Part shown: piece after piece, positions 50,341-62,583 of the stretch
Layout: every line of letters starts with the position of its first letter
Position numbering within the stretch: position 1 is the first letter of the stretch
Assembly: GCF_902459465.1 (NCBI RefSeq)
Contig: NC_047062.1
Span: 21,514,001 to 21,578,000, forward strand
Reading direction: 5' to 3'
DNA length: 64,000 bases
DNA from: Asterias rubens
Lineage: Eukaryota
Position numbers and translations under genes: made by a program
Notes under the pieces: model-generated
What the model saw: only the letters and a program-made list of their open reading frames with translations
The model's database searches: none
What the model was told of the DNA's origin: nothing

Positions 50341-50584
50341 TGGGCCCAATTTCATAGAGCTGCTAAGCACAAAAGTTTGCTAAGCATGACATTTTTGTCT
50401 TCATAAAAACAGGTTTTCCAACCAAATTTCCATATGGTTTTCAGGATAAGCCAACAACAGCTGATTACCAGTAACAGGCAATATCCATCAAATTGTAATT
50501 TTGATGGTAATCCTGTTTTTATCCAGGAAGAAGTTTCATGCTAAGCAAATTTTAGTGCTTAGCAGATCTATGAAATTGGGCCCA
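50341..50584. mobile_element. MITE with ~30-bp TIR (TGGGCCCAATTTCATAGAGCTGCTAAGCAC family)
   Basis: TIRs match 29 of 30. Other copies at ~46514-46702 and ~53874-54194, with fragments near 11431, 16240 and 27150. Confidence 0.8.
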
Positions 50585-51410
50585 GGTTGTAATAATATAA
50601 AAGGACTTTGGGGGGGGGGGGGGTTCCAAGAGCGACAGCAATGATTTAACATTCGCATTTTGTATTTATTTATTGAATTGTTAACCAAAACTGAACAAAA
50701 AGGAGAAAATCAGTCGTAGTGGCGCATGGGTCGACTTGCGCGCCAGGCGAGGTGTCTCTATTTAAGGTCAAACCATAGTTTTAAATTATAGATTATAGCA
50801 TTGCGATATCCTTCCTCTTGGTTGTTTTGAATGTACTTGAAGACAAACAAATATGTACAGATGGTATCAAGCTGAAACCCAGCTTCAGTTTCCGGGTTTT
50901 AGTGCAATACAACGCAGTACAAAAGTCACACGGAGAAACAAAAATAGGATTTCTTTTTCTTCAAATAAACTATGTTTAATTTTGTTGAATATCCAAACGT
51001 GATAGGGCTGGCTATTATGACAAACAGTTGTAATTTTAAAAATTATCTCTTTTACTAATTGGCAATAATTTGTCTTTTTCAAAAACTTATATTATGCTTT
51101 ACAGAATCGTTCAATTGTATACCATCTGAAAAAAAGGCTAAACCCAAAGAAAACAAGTTTTCGAAAACATGTTTTGCGCTCTGAAAACTACCGGGTCAGA
51201 TGTGGACTCGGATCCCTGGTGATGGAAAGCAAGGCAGTTATGTTTCACTTTGAATATCCTTCTCAAAAAAGGGCTAAACCCAAAAGAACCATGAGAAATG
51301 TTATTGTTCTTTGCACATCTACAGAGATGGAGTATGCCGCTTGGTCGATGAACTAAAAATAATACGAAGAAGTGTTCATTTTCATTCCATGGCTGACTGC
51401 TGGAAACATC

Positions 51411-51803
51411 TTACTGCTTTACGTAGTACGTCTTGGCAACGGTCCCGTTGAAGTCGATGGTGACGAGCATCTCCCCACCCACCAGCTCCCTGACGCTGCC
51501 GCCCTTTCCCCCGGTGGCTCTGGTGACCAGCTTGTCATCTTTCCACTCCGACGAGGACTCGATGTCGTGTCCCATCACGCTGTTGGTGAAGTTACTACCG
51601 ACGTTGATGGTGAGTTCCTTCTTGCTTGACGGGTCCTTGTTGTTGGTGGTGACGATGGTCACTGCGTTCCCTAACTGTGAGATGGTCTCGGTCATCTTCA
51701 TGTCCTTGGGGATCTTGTCCATTGGGATTTTCAGAGCGGTCAGAAGCTCCGGCCAGCCCTCAGAGCGACCGCTGGTCCAGACACCGCTGAAGTCGGTAGG
51801 CAT
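51411..51803 (-). CDS. Divergent intracellular lipid-binding protein 4 (FABP1/6/10-like), 130 aa, single coding exon
   Basis: DFSGVWTSGRSEGWPELL...EWKDDKLV...SVRELVGGEMLVTIDFNGTVAKTYY. Confidence 0.88.
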   Translation of the reverse strand: MPTDFSGVWTSGRSEGWPELLTALKIPMDKIPKDMKMTETISQLGNAVTIVTTNNKDPSSKKELTINVGSNFTNSVMGHDIESSSEWKDDKLVTRATGGKGGSVRELVGGEMLVTIDFNGTVAKTYYVKQ

Positions 51804-52385
51804 GATGAGAGTTTTGTTTTTGGTCTGGGATATCTGATGGAAAGAAGCAAAACAAAACCAAGCTATCAGCTACAGATTCTGTCAAGATACTACACTTGAA
51901 TTTGGTGGTGGTGGATGGGAAGGAATCATTTAAGCATATTATTATTTTTCGATGATAATCCATAGGTGTTTTTTAATATAAAACTAATGGCGGAGTCAAA
52001 AAAGGTGAATTTAACAGTAAATTCAGAGGCAGCCATTTAGACTGCATATAAAATTAACACTTTGGTACAAAACATAAAACAAATAATACATAAATTATCG
52101 AGCATTAGGCCTAATCATGTGCCTTAATGTTTTCTTCCGTCTTGTCTGGAACTATCAATGCCCGATTATTTGACTTGTATGGCTCTAACATTTCAGAACA
52201 TCGAAAACATTATTTGCACCGTCAGCATTTATGGCAGCTTCTTGTACTTTAAAGGGCCGATGAGCAAAACAAATTGTTTTTCTTTATAAAATCAAGTGTA
52301 AAGTATACTGGTAGGCCCGACTATAGTGACATCTTATTGTATCAACATAGAGATTTAAACTGTTAAGATGTTAACCGTCTCATTG

Positions 52386-52734
52386 AAGCACTGGACACCT
52401 TTGGTAATTGTCAAAGACCAGTATTCTCACTTGGTGTATCCAAACATTATGCATTAAATAACGAACCTTTGAAAATGTTGGTTCAATTGGTCATTGAATT
52501 CGCAAGAGAGTTAATGCAAGAAGAAACACCCTTGTTGCATTACTTTGTGTGCTTTCAGGTGCATAATAAAAGGCTTCGGCTGAAGTCTTTAACTATTTGA
52601 GTGGGAAACTATACCTCTTTCTTACAAATTCAGAGGGATTCGTTTCTCTCAATGTTATTTACTATAAACAGTTTTCCATTGATCGTTATACAAACCAAGT
52701 AAGTTTTTATGCTAACAAGTAGTGTCTAGTGCCT
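52386..52734. mobile_element. Kolobok-like MITE family A copy in the 5'-UTR intron of iLBP gene 4
   Basis: AAGCACTGGACACCTTTGGTAATTGTCAAAGACC...GTGTCTAGTGCCT; target-site duplications are degenerate. Confidence 0.7.
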
Positions 52735-52779
52735 TTCAGAATGAAATGGAATCATCATGAACCCAACAAGAAATCTCAC

Positions 52780-52948
52780 CTGAAGATGAAAGCTGAAAAC
52801 ACGAAACGTCTGTCGCAGTGGGCTGATCACAACAAGAAGGACGAACTCACCGATCTACCAACCTTTTTATCTGCGATCAAACAATCACCAGGCAGTCCCA
52901 AGACCAAGTTTAACGGGTCCTCCTATTGGTCGATTATCTCATTTGCAT
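52780..52948 (-). promoter_or_regulatory. Probable promoter and non-coding exon 1 of iLBP gene 4
   Basis: On the minus strand: octamer ATGCAAAT (52948-52941), AGATAA (52939-52934), CCAAT (52929-52925), GATAAAAA (52871-52864), then a strong donor CAG|gtgaga at 52779 that pairs with acceptor ttccatcag at 51834. Confidence 0.55.
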
Positions 52949-53329
52949 AATCAGGTGACTGACAACACCTACCCGTGTTTAAATATAACCATTACGTATC
53001 CGTGGTACGAACCAATGATCTTGTGTTTGGTTATACAAACTAACCCGCGTTAATATTAACACAATTAAAAATGTCTACCATATGACTTGTTTATTTTACC
53101 CTTTACCTCGATTCTACTAAAAATACAACTACAGTGAGTTTATGTTTAATTTCTGGGGCAACTTCGCCACCTTTGCCCCGTGACTCCTTTTCAGCATATG
53201 GCTGTTTGCGGTTCGATCAGAGGCTTCAATACCACCAAGTACGTGCCCATTGACTGGCCTTTATTATGTCCTTGCTAGACTTCCTCAGCAGCAGGTATAG
53301 CCAATCAATTTTCATTTGACATACATAAA

Positions 53330-53698
53330 AGCCATTAGACACTTTCGGTAAACAGTATTGTCCAAGGCCCACACTTCGTGTATCACAACTTCTATATAAA
53401 ATAACAAACCTGTGAAAATTTAGGTTCAATCGGTCATCGGAGTCGGGAAAAAATAACGGGAAAAACCCACTCTTGTATCCGCACGTTTCCTCGTGTCAAG
53501 ACATTTGTTCAAAATAAATTCGTAATTCTCGCTATCGAGAATTGATATTGTTTTAATGTTTTCTCAAAAAGTAAAGCATTTCATGGAATAATATTTCAAA
53601 AGAAGTCTTTCACCACTACCTTCTGTAAACCCTGTGAGTTATTTGTAAATCTGTGATTTTTTTTGATTTATTTATTTTACCGAAAGTGTATAATGGCT
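53330..53698. mobile_element. Kolobok-like MITE, related subfamily
   Basis: TIRs AGCCATTAGACACTTTCGGTAAA / TTTACCGAAAGTGTATAATGGCT followed by TTAA. Confidence 0.75.
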
Positions 53699-55746
53699 TT
53701 AAACAACGCGTGCTCAGACGAAAACTTGAAAATGTTGATTTTAGAGCAGTCTGTTCAAGTCAGGGTATGTGTGTGTGTGTGTGTTCGATTAGGTTTGTTT
53801 GGGGTTATTTGTTGGTGTTTGTTGATGTGTGCTTTTTGTGGTGGTGGGCGTTTATAATGTTTGTTGCTCAACCCGGGCCCTAATTTCATAGAGCTGCTTA
53901 AGCAGACAATTCCCCCTAGAAATGTCGAGACCACACCGGCTCTTTTCAGAGCCAACACTCCCACAAAAGAGATTTTTCACATGGTTGTACCTGTAAGTTA
54001 ACTATTAATGAAATAGTATCCTTCTAGTTATCCACACCATGCAAAGCTTCAAACAATGCTTAAAAATGTTGTGCTTAGCAAGATACCAGTCATAAATGGT
54101 GCATGCGATATGGTATTTTGGCTGGTAACGTTATTGTGGTAGCTTTGTTCTGTTTAGCTACTTTTTGTGCTTAAGCAGCTCTAAAACTTGGCCCTCACTG
54201 CACTGGATGTTATTTCAGCACACTTGTATGGTGCTGCGCTTACCGAGAAAATTACGTAGAAAATGAAGTCACAGTACTTTAAAAAAAAGCCTTCCCATTT
54301 TACCTTGTGCAGATTTTGGCCTTACATGCGTGAATGGATTCAGCTATGGCAAACTTGTACTGAGGCCCTGAGGCCTAAAAATAGCAATGCTTTAAAACAA
54401 TACGTACAAATCACTGAATACTTTAACAAAAATGCTGGTATTGCTGATAAGCAACTTCCATTTATCGAGATTGATATTTAACCGGGTACCAGTACAAAGA
54501 CTTGCCAGATATTATTAATCAGGATCCTGTGTAACGAGTCATAGGCAACAGAACATGTGGATGCACAATATTTTCAGCATAAACATTTTGTCCTAAATTA
54601 TGGTTGTACACCCGAAATCGGTTAAGGTTTTCTGACACAGTTTTCTTGAAAATGACTTCATTTAAGAGCGAAATGGTCACGGAAAACATGATTGTGAAAA
54701 TTGTGCGTGGTTTTCACTATTTTCTCTTGAATCTACACAAAGGATTAAACCCATATTTTCAGAGGTCGTTTTTACTATTTTTTTTTTGTAAGTTTTGCTT
54801 GATCACACATTAATTGTCTACGACTAATTATGTCAGATACAACGATCCAGGTCTACCTTTCAACAAACTACGTTTCATTTTGCCTTTTTCGTGTTTTTTG
54901 TTGTGTTTTTTTTTTTTTTTGGTGGGGGGGTTTCAGGGAATGAGAATTGTTCTTAAATCTGTAATTAGCAAACAGTATTTAGTTGTTCTCTTCTTTGTTT
55001 TTAATCAAATAATAAAAATACATGTTGTCAGGGCTGGACAAAAGTATTTATCTGAAAACTTTAATAATACAATAAAATAACAAACTTTTATCAAAAAAGA
55101 TGTGGTAATAACTCTGACAGATTAATGGCAATAATATAGCGTCTGATATAAAGCATCTTCTATAGAAACATTTCACTTTGAAGTAAAGTGGTTCTGTAAA
55201 AGATAACAGTTTTTATGCCCGGATATTTGAATCTGAGAAGCGTTAATGCCAATAACGTTTCTCATACAGATTTTGTACTCATATCTTCCTGCGTCGTGGA
55301 CATTATTCGTTCTGGATTTTCGGCAATCTAAAAAACGCGACCACTTGTTGACACGCTACCTTCAGATGCTAGTTTTATCGTGTACATACTAAAGGTATCC
55401 TTTGCCTTTGCAGATCAATCATAAACTTGTCAAATTTGGTTGTGATTTTACTTTTCTTTAACCAAAAAATAAGACGTTGAACTGCAAACCAGGAGTTCCT
55501 TTCCCCTTGCCTGCCGTGTTTTGAATACAAATTATGCACAAATTAACAGTAGACGATCCTTTAAAAGTAAAAACCGTTTCACAATGTTATCAACAGCCCC
55601 GTCTGGCATAAGAATACAGAATTTGCACCCTGTGCCAAATTTTAACACTGAAGTGGATTTCCAGCTCCTAATATGGTGTAATTAGGACGATTTGTATCAG
55701 GTACAAGGATTATGTCTGCCTTTGAATCACGTGTGAATCACAGCAC

Positions 55747-55844
55747 TATAAAGTGTGGGTGTCTGTTACACCCTGTCTACTTTTTCTAAACCGAGGCATC
55801 GACACTTGCCCATCGTCCACCGCAGTTTGTATCTTCACAGTAAG
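55747..55844 (+). promoter_or_regulatory. TATA box and non-coding exon 1 of iLBP gene 5
   Basis: TATAAA at 55747-55752, overlapping donors gtaagg (55840) and gtatga (55845), and acceptor gtgtcatccag at 56309. Confidence 0.55.
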
Positions 55845-56339
55845 GTATGAATGTGATGAAATGGTATTTGTCTATAGACATTTAACAGATTAAAATATTT
55901 TTGTAATCTGAGATATTTGTGACAATTTTTTATTGTTTAGGTTTTGTCCAAATTTAGAAGATTAAATTAACTCAAAAGAAGATGAGACAATTTTTCACTG
56001 TTACAAATCCTATAGTTCATTTGACAAACTGAAAATATTTTATTTTTTGCATGTAAGAAGTTTTCTTATGACTTCGACACAAAAAGGAGGTCCTGGAGAA
56101 GGGATGTGGTCTAGTCAGTGGTCTGGTCCAAGCTCTGCGGTGGTACGCACCAGAGACCCTTGAAGATTTTACCTATAGGAAACGGACACCAATACCTATA
56201 CTGGTTTGCTGACAAGATCAATCTGAGTATGGTATCAATGGCACCGTAGCTCGGTAAATTCTCTTCATTATTTCTCAAAATGTGTATTCTTTTTCACTGT
56301 GTCATCCAGACAGGTTACTCCTTCGAACCAGTTTGCATC

Positions 56340-56738
56340 ATGGCAGTGGATTTCTCCGGCACGTGGACCTCCTGCAAGACCGAGGGTTGGGCAGAGTTCC
56401 TCCAGAAGACCAAGGTCCCCAAGGGAAGCCTTCCACTACCAGCAGACATCAAAGTGACTGAGGAGATCAGCCAGTGCGGCGACGTCATCACCATCAAGTC
56501 CGCCAACAGCATGGACACCGGGTTGAAGGAGAAAACCATCAACGTTGGGAGTAACTTCATCACCGAGATGCCACCAGGCACGCAGCTGGAGTTCAGCACG
56601 GCGTGGGAGGGGAAGAAGCTGGTCCTGAGAAGGATCGACGGGGATGGGACCTCCACCAGGATGATGGAAGGGGATCAGATGGTGCTCGTTGTTGAGCACG
56701 AGGGCACTGTGGCCAAGACGTACTACGAGAAAGCCTGA
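56340..56738 (+). CDS. Divergent intracellular lipid-binding protein 5 (FABP1/6/10-like), 132 aa, single coding exon
   Basis: MAVDFSGTW...TEGWAEFL...DIKVTEEISQCGDVITIKS (liver-type FABP-like segment)...AWEGKKLV...AKTYYEKA. Start placed at atcATGG. Confidence 0.9.
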   Translation: MAVDFSGTWTSCKTEGWAEFLQKTKVPKGSLPLPADIKVTEEISQCGDVITIKSANSMDTGLKEKTINVGSNFITEMPPGTQLEFSTAWEGKKLVLRRIDGDGTSTRMMEGDQMVLVVEHEGTVAKTYYEKA

Positions 56739-57444
56739 CTCAAGGAGGCTCATAATGGGTGCTGTCTTCACTCCTTCAGCCATGGAGGATAACCACTACC
56801 ATGGAAGACACAAACATCTTTTGGTAGCCAACTTTAAGATAATTGAATGTCCTTTTAATTGATGTATGATATTGATTCAAACCTTCGCGTTGACCATTAC
56901 TCACACCATGTAGGAAGGAATCGGAATTCCTCCAAGATCACACTGACTTTCATCTTTAGAGGGACATCAACAAACATCACTCCAGACTATATTAAACTAA
57001 TCATTTGAATACCGATGTAAAAATATAAAGCACAGTTGTGTTTTCCAACATAATACAAATCTCACTTGTTGAATTACTGCATGGTGCAAGACCTACACCC
57101 TGACATGATTTACTGTTACTTGGGAAACTTCATCATGCGAAACTAAACACGCACTAAACGAATTATTGTTCTTACGTCATAACCTCTCACAAGCGCAGCT
57201 GCAATCCAGGTTTAAAATGTTCATTTTCCACGTTAAATTACGTTTTATTGAATATTAAAGAACAAAGTTACAAAAAAACCAGTACTCAGAGTCAATTTGT
57301 AAAATATTTAAATACCCCCCCCCCCAACAACTTCAAAAGCTGCCGGATCGTCACAAGCGGCACGTATGCAAAGACCAATAAATAAAACAAGTAAAACTGT
57401 GTCCAGTCGCCGGATAGTTCGTGTGGATTAAAATTTTAAGTTAA

Positions 57445-57812
57445 AGGGAAGGTATACGTTTGGTAGTTACTCAAAACAAATATTAACTTAAAAACTGACT
57501 TGATAACGAGCATTGGAAAGCTGTTGATAGTATAAAACATTGTGAGAAACAGCTCCCTCTGAAGTAGCATAGACTTTGAGAAAGAGGTAATTTCTCACTA
57601 AAATAATAACAGACTTCTAGCTAGAAGTCTTTTATTCCTATCTGAAAGCACACAAATTCGTCCAACAAGGGTGTTTTTCCTCTCATCATTTTCTCACAAC
57701 TTCGATGACCAATTGAGCTCAAACGTTCACAGGTTTGTTATTTTATGCTTATGTTGGGATACACCAAGTGAGAAGACTGGTCTTTGACAATTACCAAACG
57801 TGTACCTTCCCT
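57445..57812. mobile_element. Kolobok-like MITE with intact TIRs and TTAA TSDs
   Basis: TTAA|AGGGAAGGTATACGTTTGGTA...TACCAAACGTGTACCTTCCCT|TTAA; TIR match 20 of 21. Confidence 0.85.
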
Positions 57813-59218
57813 TTAAAGGTGTGGTTAAATAACTAAAAGTAACATTGCAGAATGAAATCAACAACACCGCTAATGGTATATCTGGTCGATTAATAGAGAT
57901 AGGATTTGACAAAAGCAGTGTTAATTCCTTTACGTAGCTTGAGTCGTGTATCGAGCACTGATATCACTAACTACACAGTTGACGCTCACAGTCTGAAAAT
58001 TCATCATGCTTTCTATATCCGCAAAAAAAAAATTCACAATACACATACTGGCAATTTATATGCCACTGCGAGCCGATTTAAGGCTAAAATGAGCATTCAC
58101 TATTATTTGAGAGAGTTGCATGCTTTAATTAGAGGTAATGCACAAAACAATAAGCCAGTTATTAGGGCAAGATAATCAACAAACTTTAAAATGGTTCATT
58201 GATGGGATCAAGATAAAGTAATCGTCTTTCAGCCATGTACAAAGATGTTATAGTTCGTGCCTCGTCCGTGGCGTATGCAACAATTAATGTACGTTTTCGT
58301 TTTGAAACAGCATCTGTCGGTCAAAATTCGTCAGAGGAAAAAACATGGCGAAAACAAACTTTAGAGAGCTTCAACTTTGTTCGTAAAAACCCGTCTCTTA
58401 ACTTGTGTATAACATGGGAAGCTTACTTCTAATTCTACCTCCATGCTTCAACATCGAACAAATTAACAAAGCCCCGCCCCCACCACATTCATTTTAGACT
58501 CTAGAATTGCACCACTTGTACTTGAAACTATTACGACTTCACATCAGCCCATTCTTTTCAGTAAAACACATCTTCAGAAAGCCCTATCAAATCGAAGTAT
58601 TGACATTTCCCACAGATCGTTTTTGACTTCTCTGTCTGTCTTAGTACTTGAGGTGCTCTTCAAAATGAGCGAAGTACACATGTAAACCAGGGTCCAGTGC
58701 TTGTAAAACAAGCTGACACGACGTGATAAAAGACTATAAAATGATGAATAATATCGTTTGTGGATGAATTTACTCAGCGTGCACAAAGTTCAACGAACAT
58801 GAACTTTGTGTTTATTTTGTGTAGGGCTGCTACAGGTTTGTTTTAAGGAGAGTAACACGAGTTGACATTTCAGGTTCGAGAAATTAACTTCACATAGTAT
58901 GATTGATGATGACGTTGGTATATGTGTGCACCACTCTCAATAGGCCAAAAAGCACGCGCCAAATTGATTCTTTCTTCTCTTTTTGTTACGGGGGGGGGGG
59001 GGGCAAGTTACCACAACTTTAGGTTTCTGTGTTTCAACCTTCGAGGAGGCGTGATACATTTTAGGCTGGCTTGCCAAACGCCTGGCTCGCCAGAAATTTT
59101 AAAGAAATCTGAAATGTATTTGTCAAAAAATATACTTGATTGAGAATAAATTTCAAGAGGCTGACTAACCTTTGTTGAGTATTTTGGAGTATTTAGCATT
59201 TTAGCATCAGTTGCTAAA

Positions 59219-59391
59219 TGCGGCCGATTTCACGAAACACTAGGATTAATCCTAACTCGAGTTAGGACGAGTAACCCGTCCTAACTTACGATGGGTTCAA
59301 TTCGTCCTACGTATTTGGATACGGAACTGAACCCGTCCTAAGTCCTAAGATTAATCCTAAGTTAGGAAGAGTTTGGTGAAATCGACGGCAG
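59219..59391. mobile_element. Foldback MITE with GATTTCAC..GTGAAATC termini and internal TAGGA/TCCTA repeats
   Basis: Terminal inverted GATTTCAC/GTGAAATC; a shorter homologous copy lies at ~9084-9210. Confidence 0.7.
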
Positions 59392-62300
59392 TGGTGATTA
59401 TTGCCGCAGCCCAAAGTCACACTCGGGTGTTGGCTTCATATGCTACTAGGTGTAGCACTTTTCCAGTCCGCCTGCTGCCGTAGTGCGGTTTTTCAATAGG
59501 ATCTTCTTCTTTTTTAATCGATTTAAAAGAGGGAATCCTTTGGAAAAAAAATCCGGAAAATTGTTTAGGATGACAATTCTAATGTACAGAAAAAAACAAA
59601 TTGCCTTCCGCGTCCAACAAAATGAAGTTATCCTTTGACGAAGTTGTATAAGTATAAGTATCTCATTGGCTGGTGTGGCAGGAGATGCTGTCTCCCAGAG
59701 ATTATGTTGTTGAGCCCCCCCCCATCCACACCCTTCCCACCCTAGAGAGGCTGTCACGGTACAAACTTCTTCTGAGAGCGCCCTCTTTTGATCCAGCCTC
59801 CTTCATCATTTTGTACAGTCCATTATTTTCCATAATATTATGGAGGACAGAATCCCCCGGGGACAGAAATCCCTTGGACACCGTAACGCTTCGCTTTATG
59901 TGGATCAACCGCGGCAGTCTAATATAGGAGTTGCCTCCATTATATAATCAAATGGAGAGTCGAAAAATGTTTAGTGTTCTGAATAATTCCTTACCGCGTG
60001 TTACCTGCTGGTGGCGCTATATCAAAACAACCATGTCTTTGCGTACACATTATGCTACCATGTACATGTATGCCAAGGGTCAACACAGTGAACGTCGTAC
60101 ACACATGCAAAAAGCGATGTGACCTTTATAATGGCATAGCCTGTCGACCTGTGTACAGACAATCATTAACACATACAAAACATAGCCTACAGTACATTAC
60201 ATCGTTCATTTTGTACATTGAGGCTTATGTTGGGATGTAAACCTCGACAGGTGTGGCCACAAGACACAATAAAGTCGTAAGTGCTGTTTTGTTTTGTCTT
60301 AATGATATTCCATTATGTCAGCAAATAATTGTTTACATAAACCTCAACTCTAGCTTCTAACTAATCCTATCAATCACATGGGGCCTACGAGCCGGCCTGG
60401 ATGGTGGCTAGGTAAGGAGTAGCGCCTAGCCTAAGTTAAAAGAAAGGGCTACTGTCTAATCCTACCTCCATGTTACAGTGTTTAATAATTATGCTAGAAC
60501 TAAACTTCAGAGGGGAGGCATAATTAGCTATATTTACCTCTCTTAGGAAGTAGAACCAAGAATAGACCACAACCATACGCTTTAATATGACCTTGCTGGT
60601 GTGCTCTGCCATGTGCAGTTGGTGTATTTAATGACAAAGGATAGTGTGCATTACAAGGCTTTTTATTTTGGGGGCCTTAAAAATCGCCCGGCAAGACAGG
60701 TGATAAGCCTAGTGAATTAACACTATATTATAGCCGCGCCAAGTACATTAAATTTAGCACGGGAGTGTCCCGATTAGACTTAATTTTTTCTACATCCATT
60801 ATCATGGAGGTATAGAAATAGATTGGTTATACCACATTTAAGTTTATCGTCATCAGTTTGCCTTCATAGCCTAGGCTACATAGCCTAGCCTACATCCATC
60901 CTAGGACATGCTCCATACAATACTGGGTAGTGGACATGTCCATGACGTGTGGGCCTACGTACGCCATCATAATACTAGCCTATATCTAGTGATTATTTGA
61001 TCATACACCCTTTGAGATTTGCCAATATTTTATATTGCAAATCACTACATTTTGTGCAAAATAATATACGGGGTCGTAGCTTAGAATGTGGAGGGTTGCC
61101 CACGGGGAGCTTGATTGAGCCCAGCAAGGAACATCAATGGAAGTGAGCCTATTGTATTATTGACCAGCAACAATGACCACAGAAAATGAAATCGGGTGGT
61201 AAGTCAAAACACATAACCCACTCACTTATAAATACAGTTAATCAACTTTGACCTAATGCCCCAGAGAATGTGTGTCTTCAGTACAACCTCTGTTTAATAC
61301 TCCGTTATAAACTTGTCAAATAAACAGCACAAAGTTCATCTTTTGACGTCACCCAATAGGTTTAGCCATGCAATGATAAACAAACCAACCTCATTGAACG
61401 TACATTCTGTGTTATTTAGAGCAAGGACTCGGATGTTTTTAGTGCCAGTTGTCTGCAATATTTTAGTTGACAAGTCCTTTTTCACGATTGAATTTAAGTC
61501 GGCTGACATTTTGTAGATATTTTCACCGTTTGCTTTTAGAACTTGTCACGGATGGGTTAATGTACAGCAGATAATGTAAGGGTAAGTTTGGGTTTTTACG
61601 GTTTTTTTTTCTTCTTCTTTTTTCCTAACCCTAGGCCTACCCGGTACATGTGTAGTGTACGTACTTTCAAATGATAGCAATCATAGTTGCTAACCGTTTG
61701 TGTATGTTCCGTCCTATAGCCCTGGTGGCCTTTCTGTGCACAGCACAGAGGAAGAGCCTTGTACTATATGTTTCATCATAACTTGACGATCGTCTGTATA
61801 CTGGATGTAGTGATTAATCTGGTTAAGTCGTCAGCCTGTAATTTTTTCAAACTAGAGGATACTTAATAAAATATAAAAAAATAAAAAACGATTGCATTTT
61901 TGTATGTCAAATATCCACCATGCGCCGATCGCAAGGCATATACAATAAATCAATGTTATCATACACTGGTTGAACCAGCACTGGTTGTCCTTGCTCTATG
62001 GTTGAATCAGTGAAAATTATGTCACCAAAAACGTATCTGACTGTTTAAGAAATAAATGTTCAGTACCATCATCAATAAAATCGTTCAATCACTTTCACTG
62101 CATGCTACGAATTAACATACGGCACACGCGGTAACTACCGTGGTGTGGTGCATGCAAGGTTTCAATAAAAAAGTTCCCCATAGAAGTGCCCCTAAGTTCA
62201 AGACATGTTAACTGAAACATTCTCACATTGCCAAACTTACTATACTATTGAGTTCTATTTACTCACGAAATATACAGATTAATTTACAGGAACAAAGAAA

Positions 62301-62583
62301 ACATTCACAATACATTCTAGACAATTTACATAATGTTACCAAATTTATTGAGTCGTCTATTCAGAACAATTTTGTCGGTATATGAAACAAGACAACATGA
62401 GATAAACTGTTGAATTCTGTTTCCAGGATAACCAAATAAATGCTTCCGTTGCATGATGTCCATAAAATATTTTCCCCTCTTCTTTCCATAGTGTTGATTT
62501 TGACAGTCGGGGCAATGGTAACTCAAACGTGGCGGACCAAAGATTGTTGCTGAGAAAGAACAAAAACTATACCGTCCAAAACA

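Noticed and set aside
29139-56783. Antisense or shifted ORFs over the iLBP genes (29139, 29183, 29303, 41428, 47600, 47602, 51372, 51433, 56315, 56436)
   Set aside because: Same shadow-ORF effect; they coincide exactly with the real coding regions.
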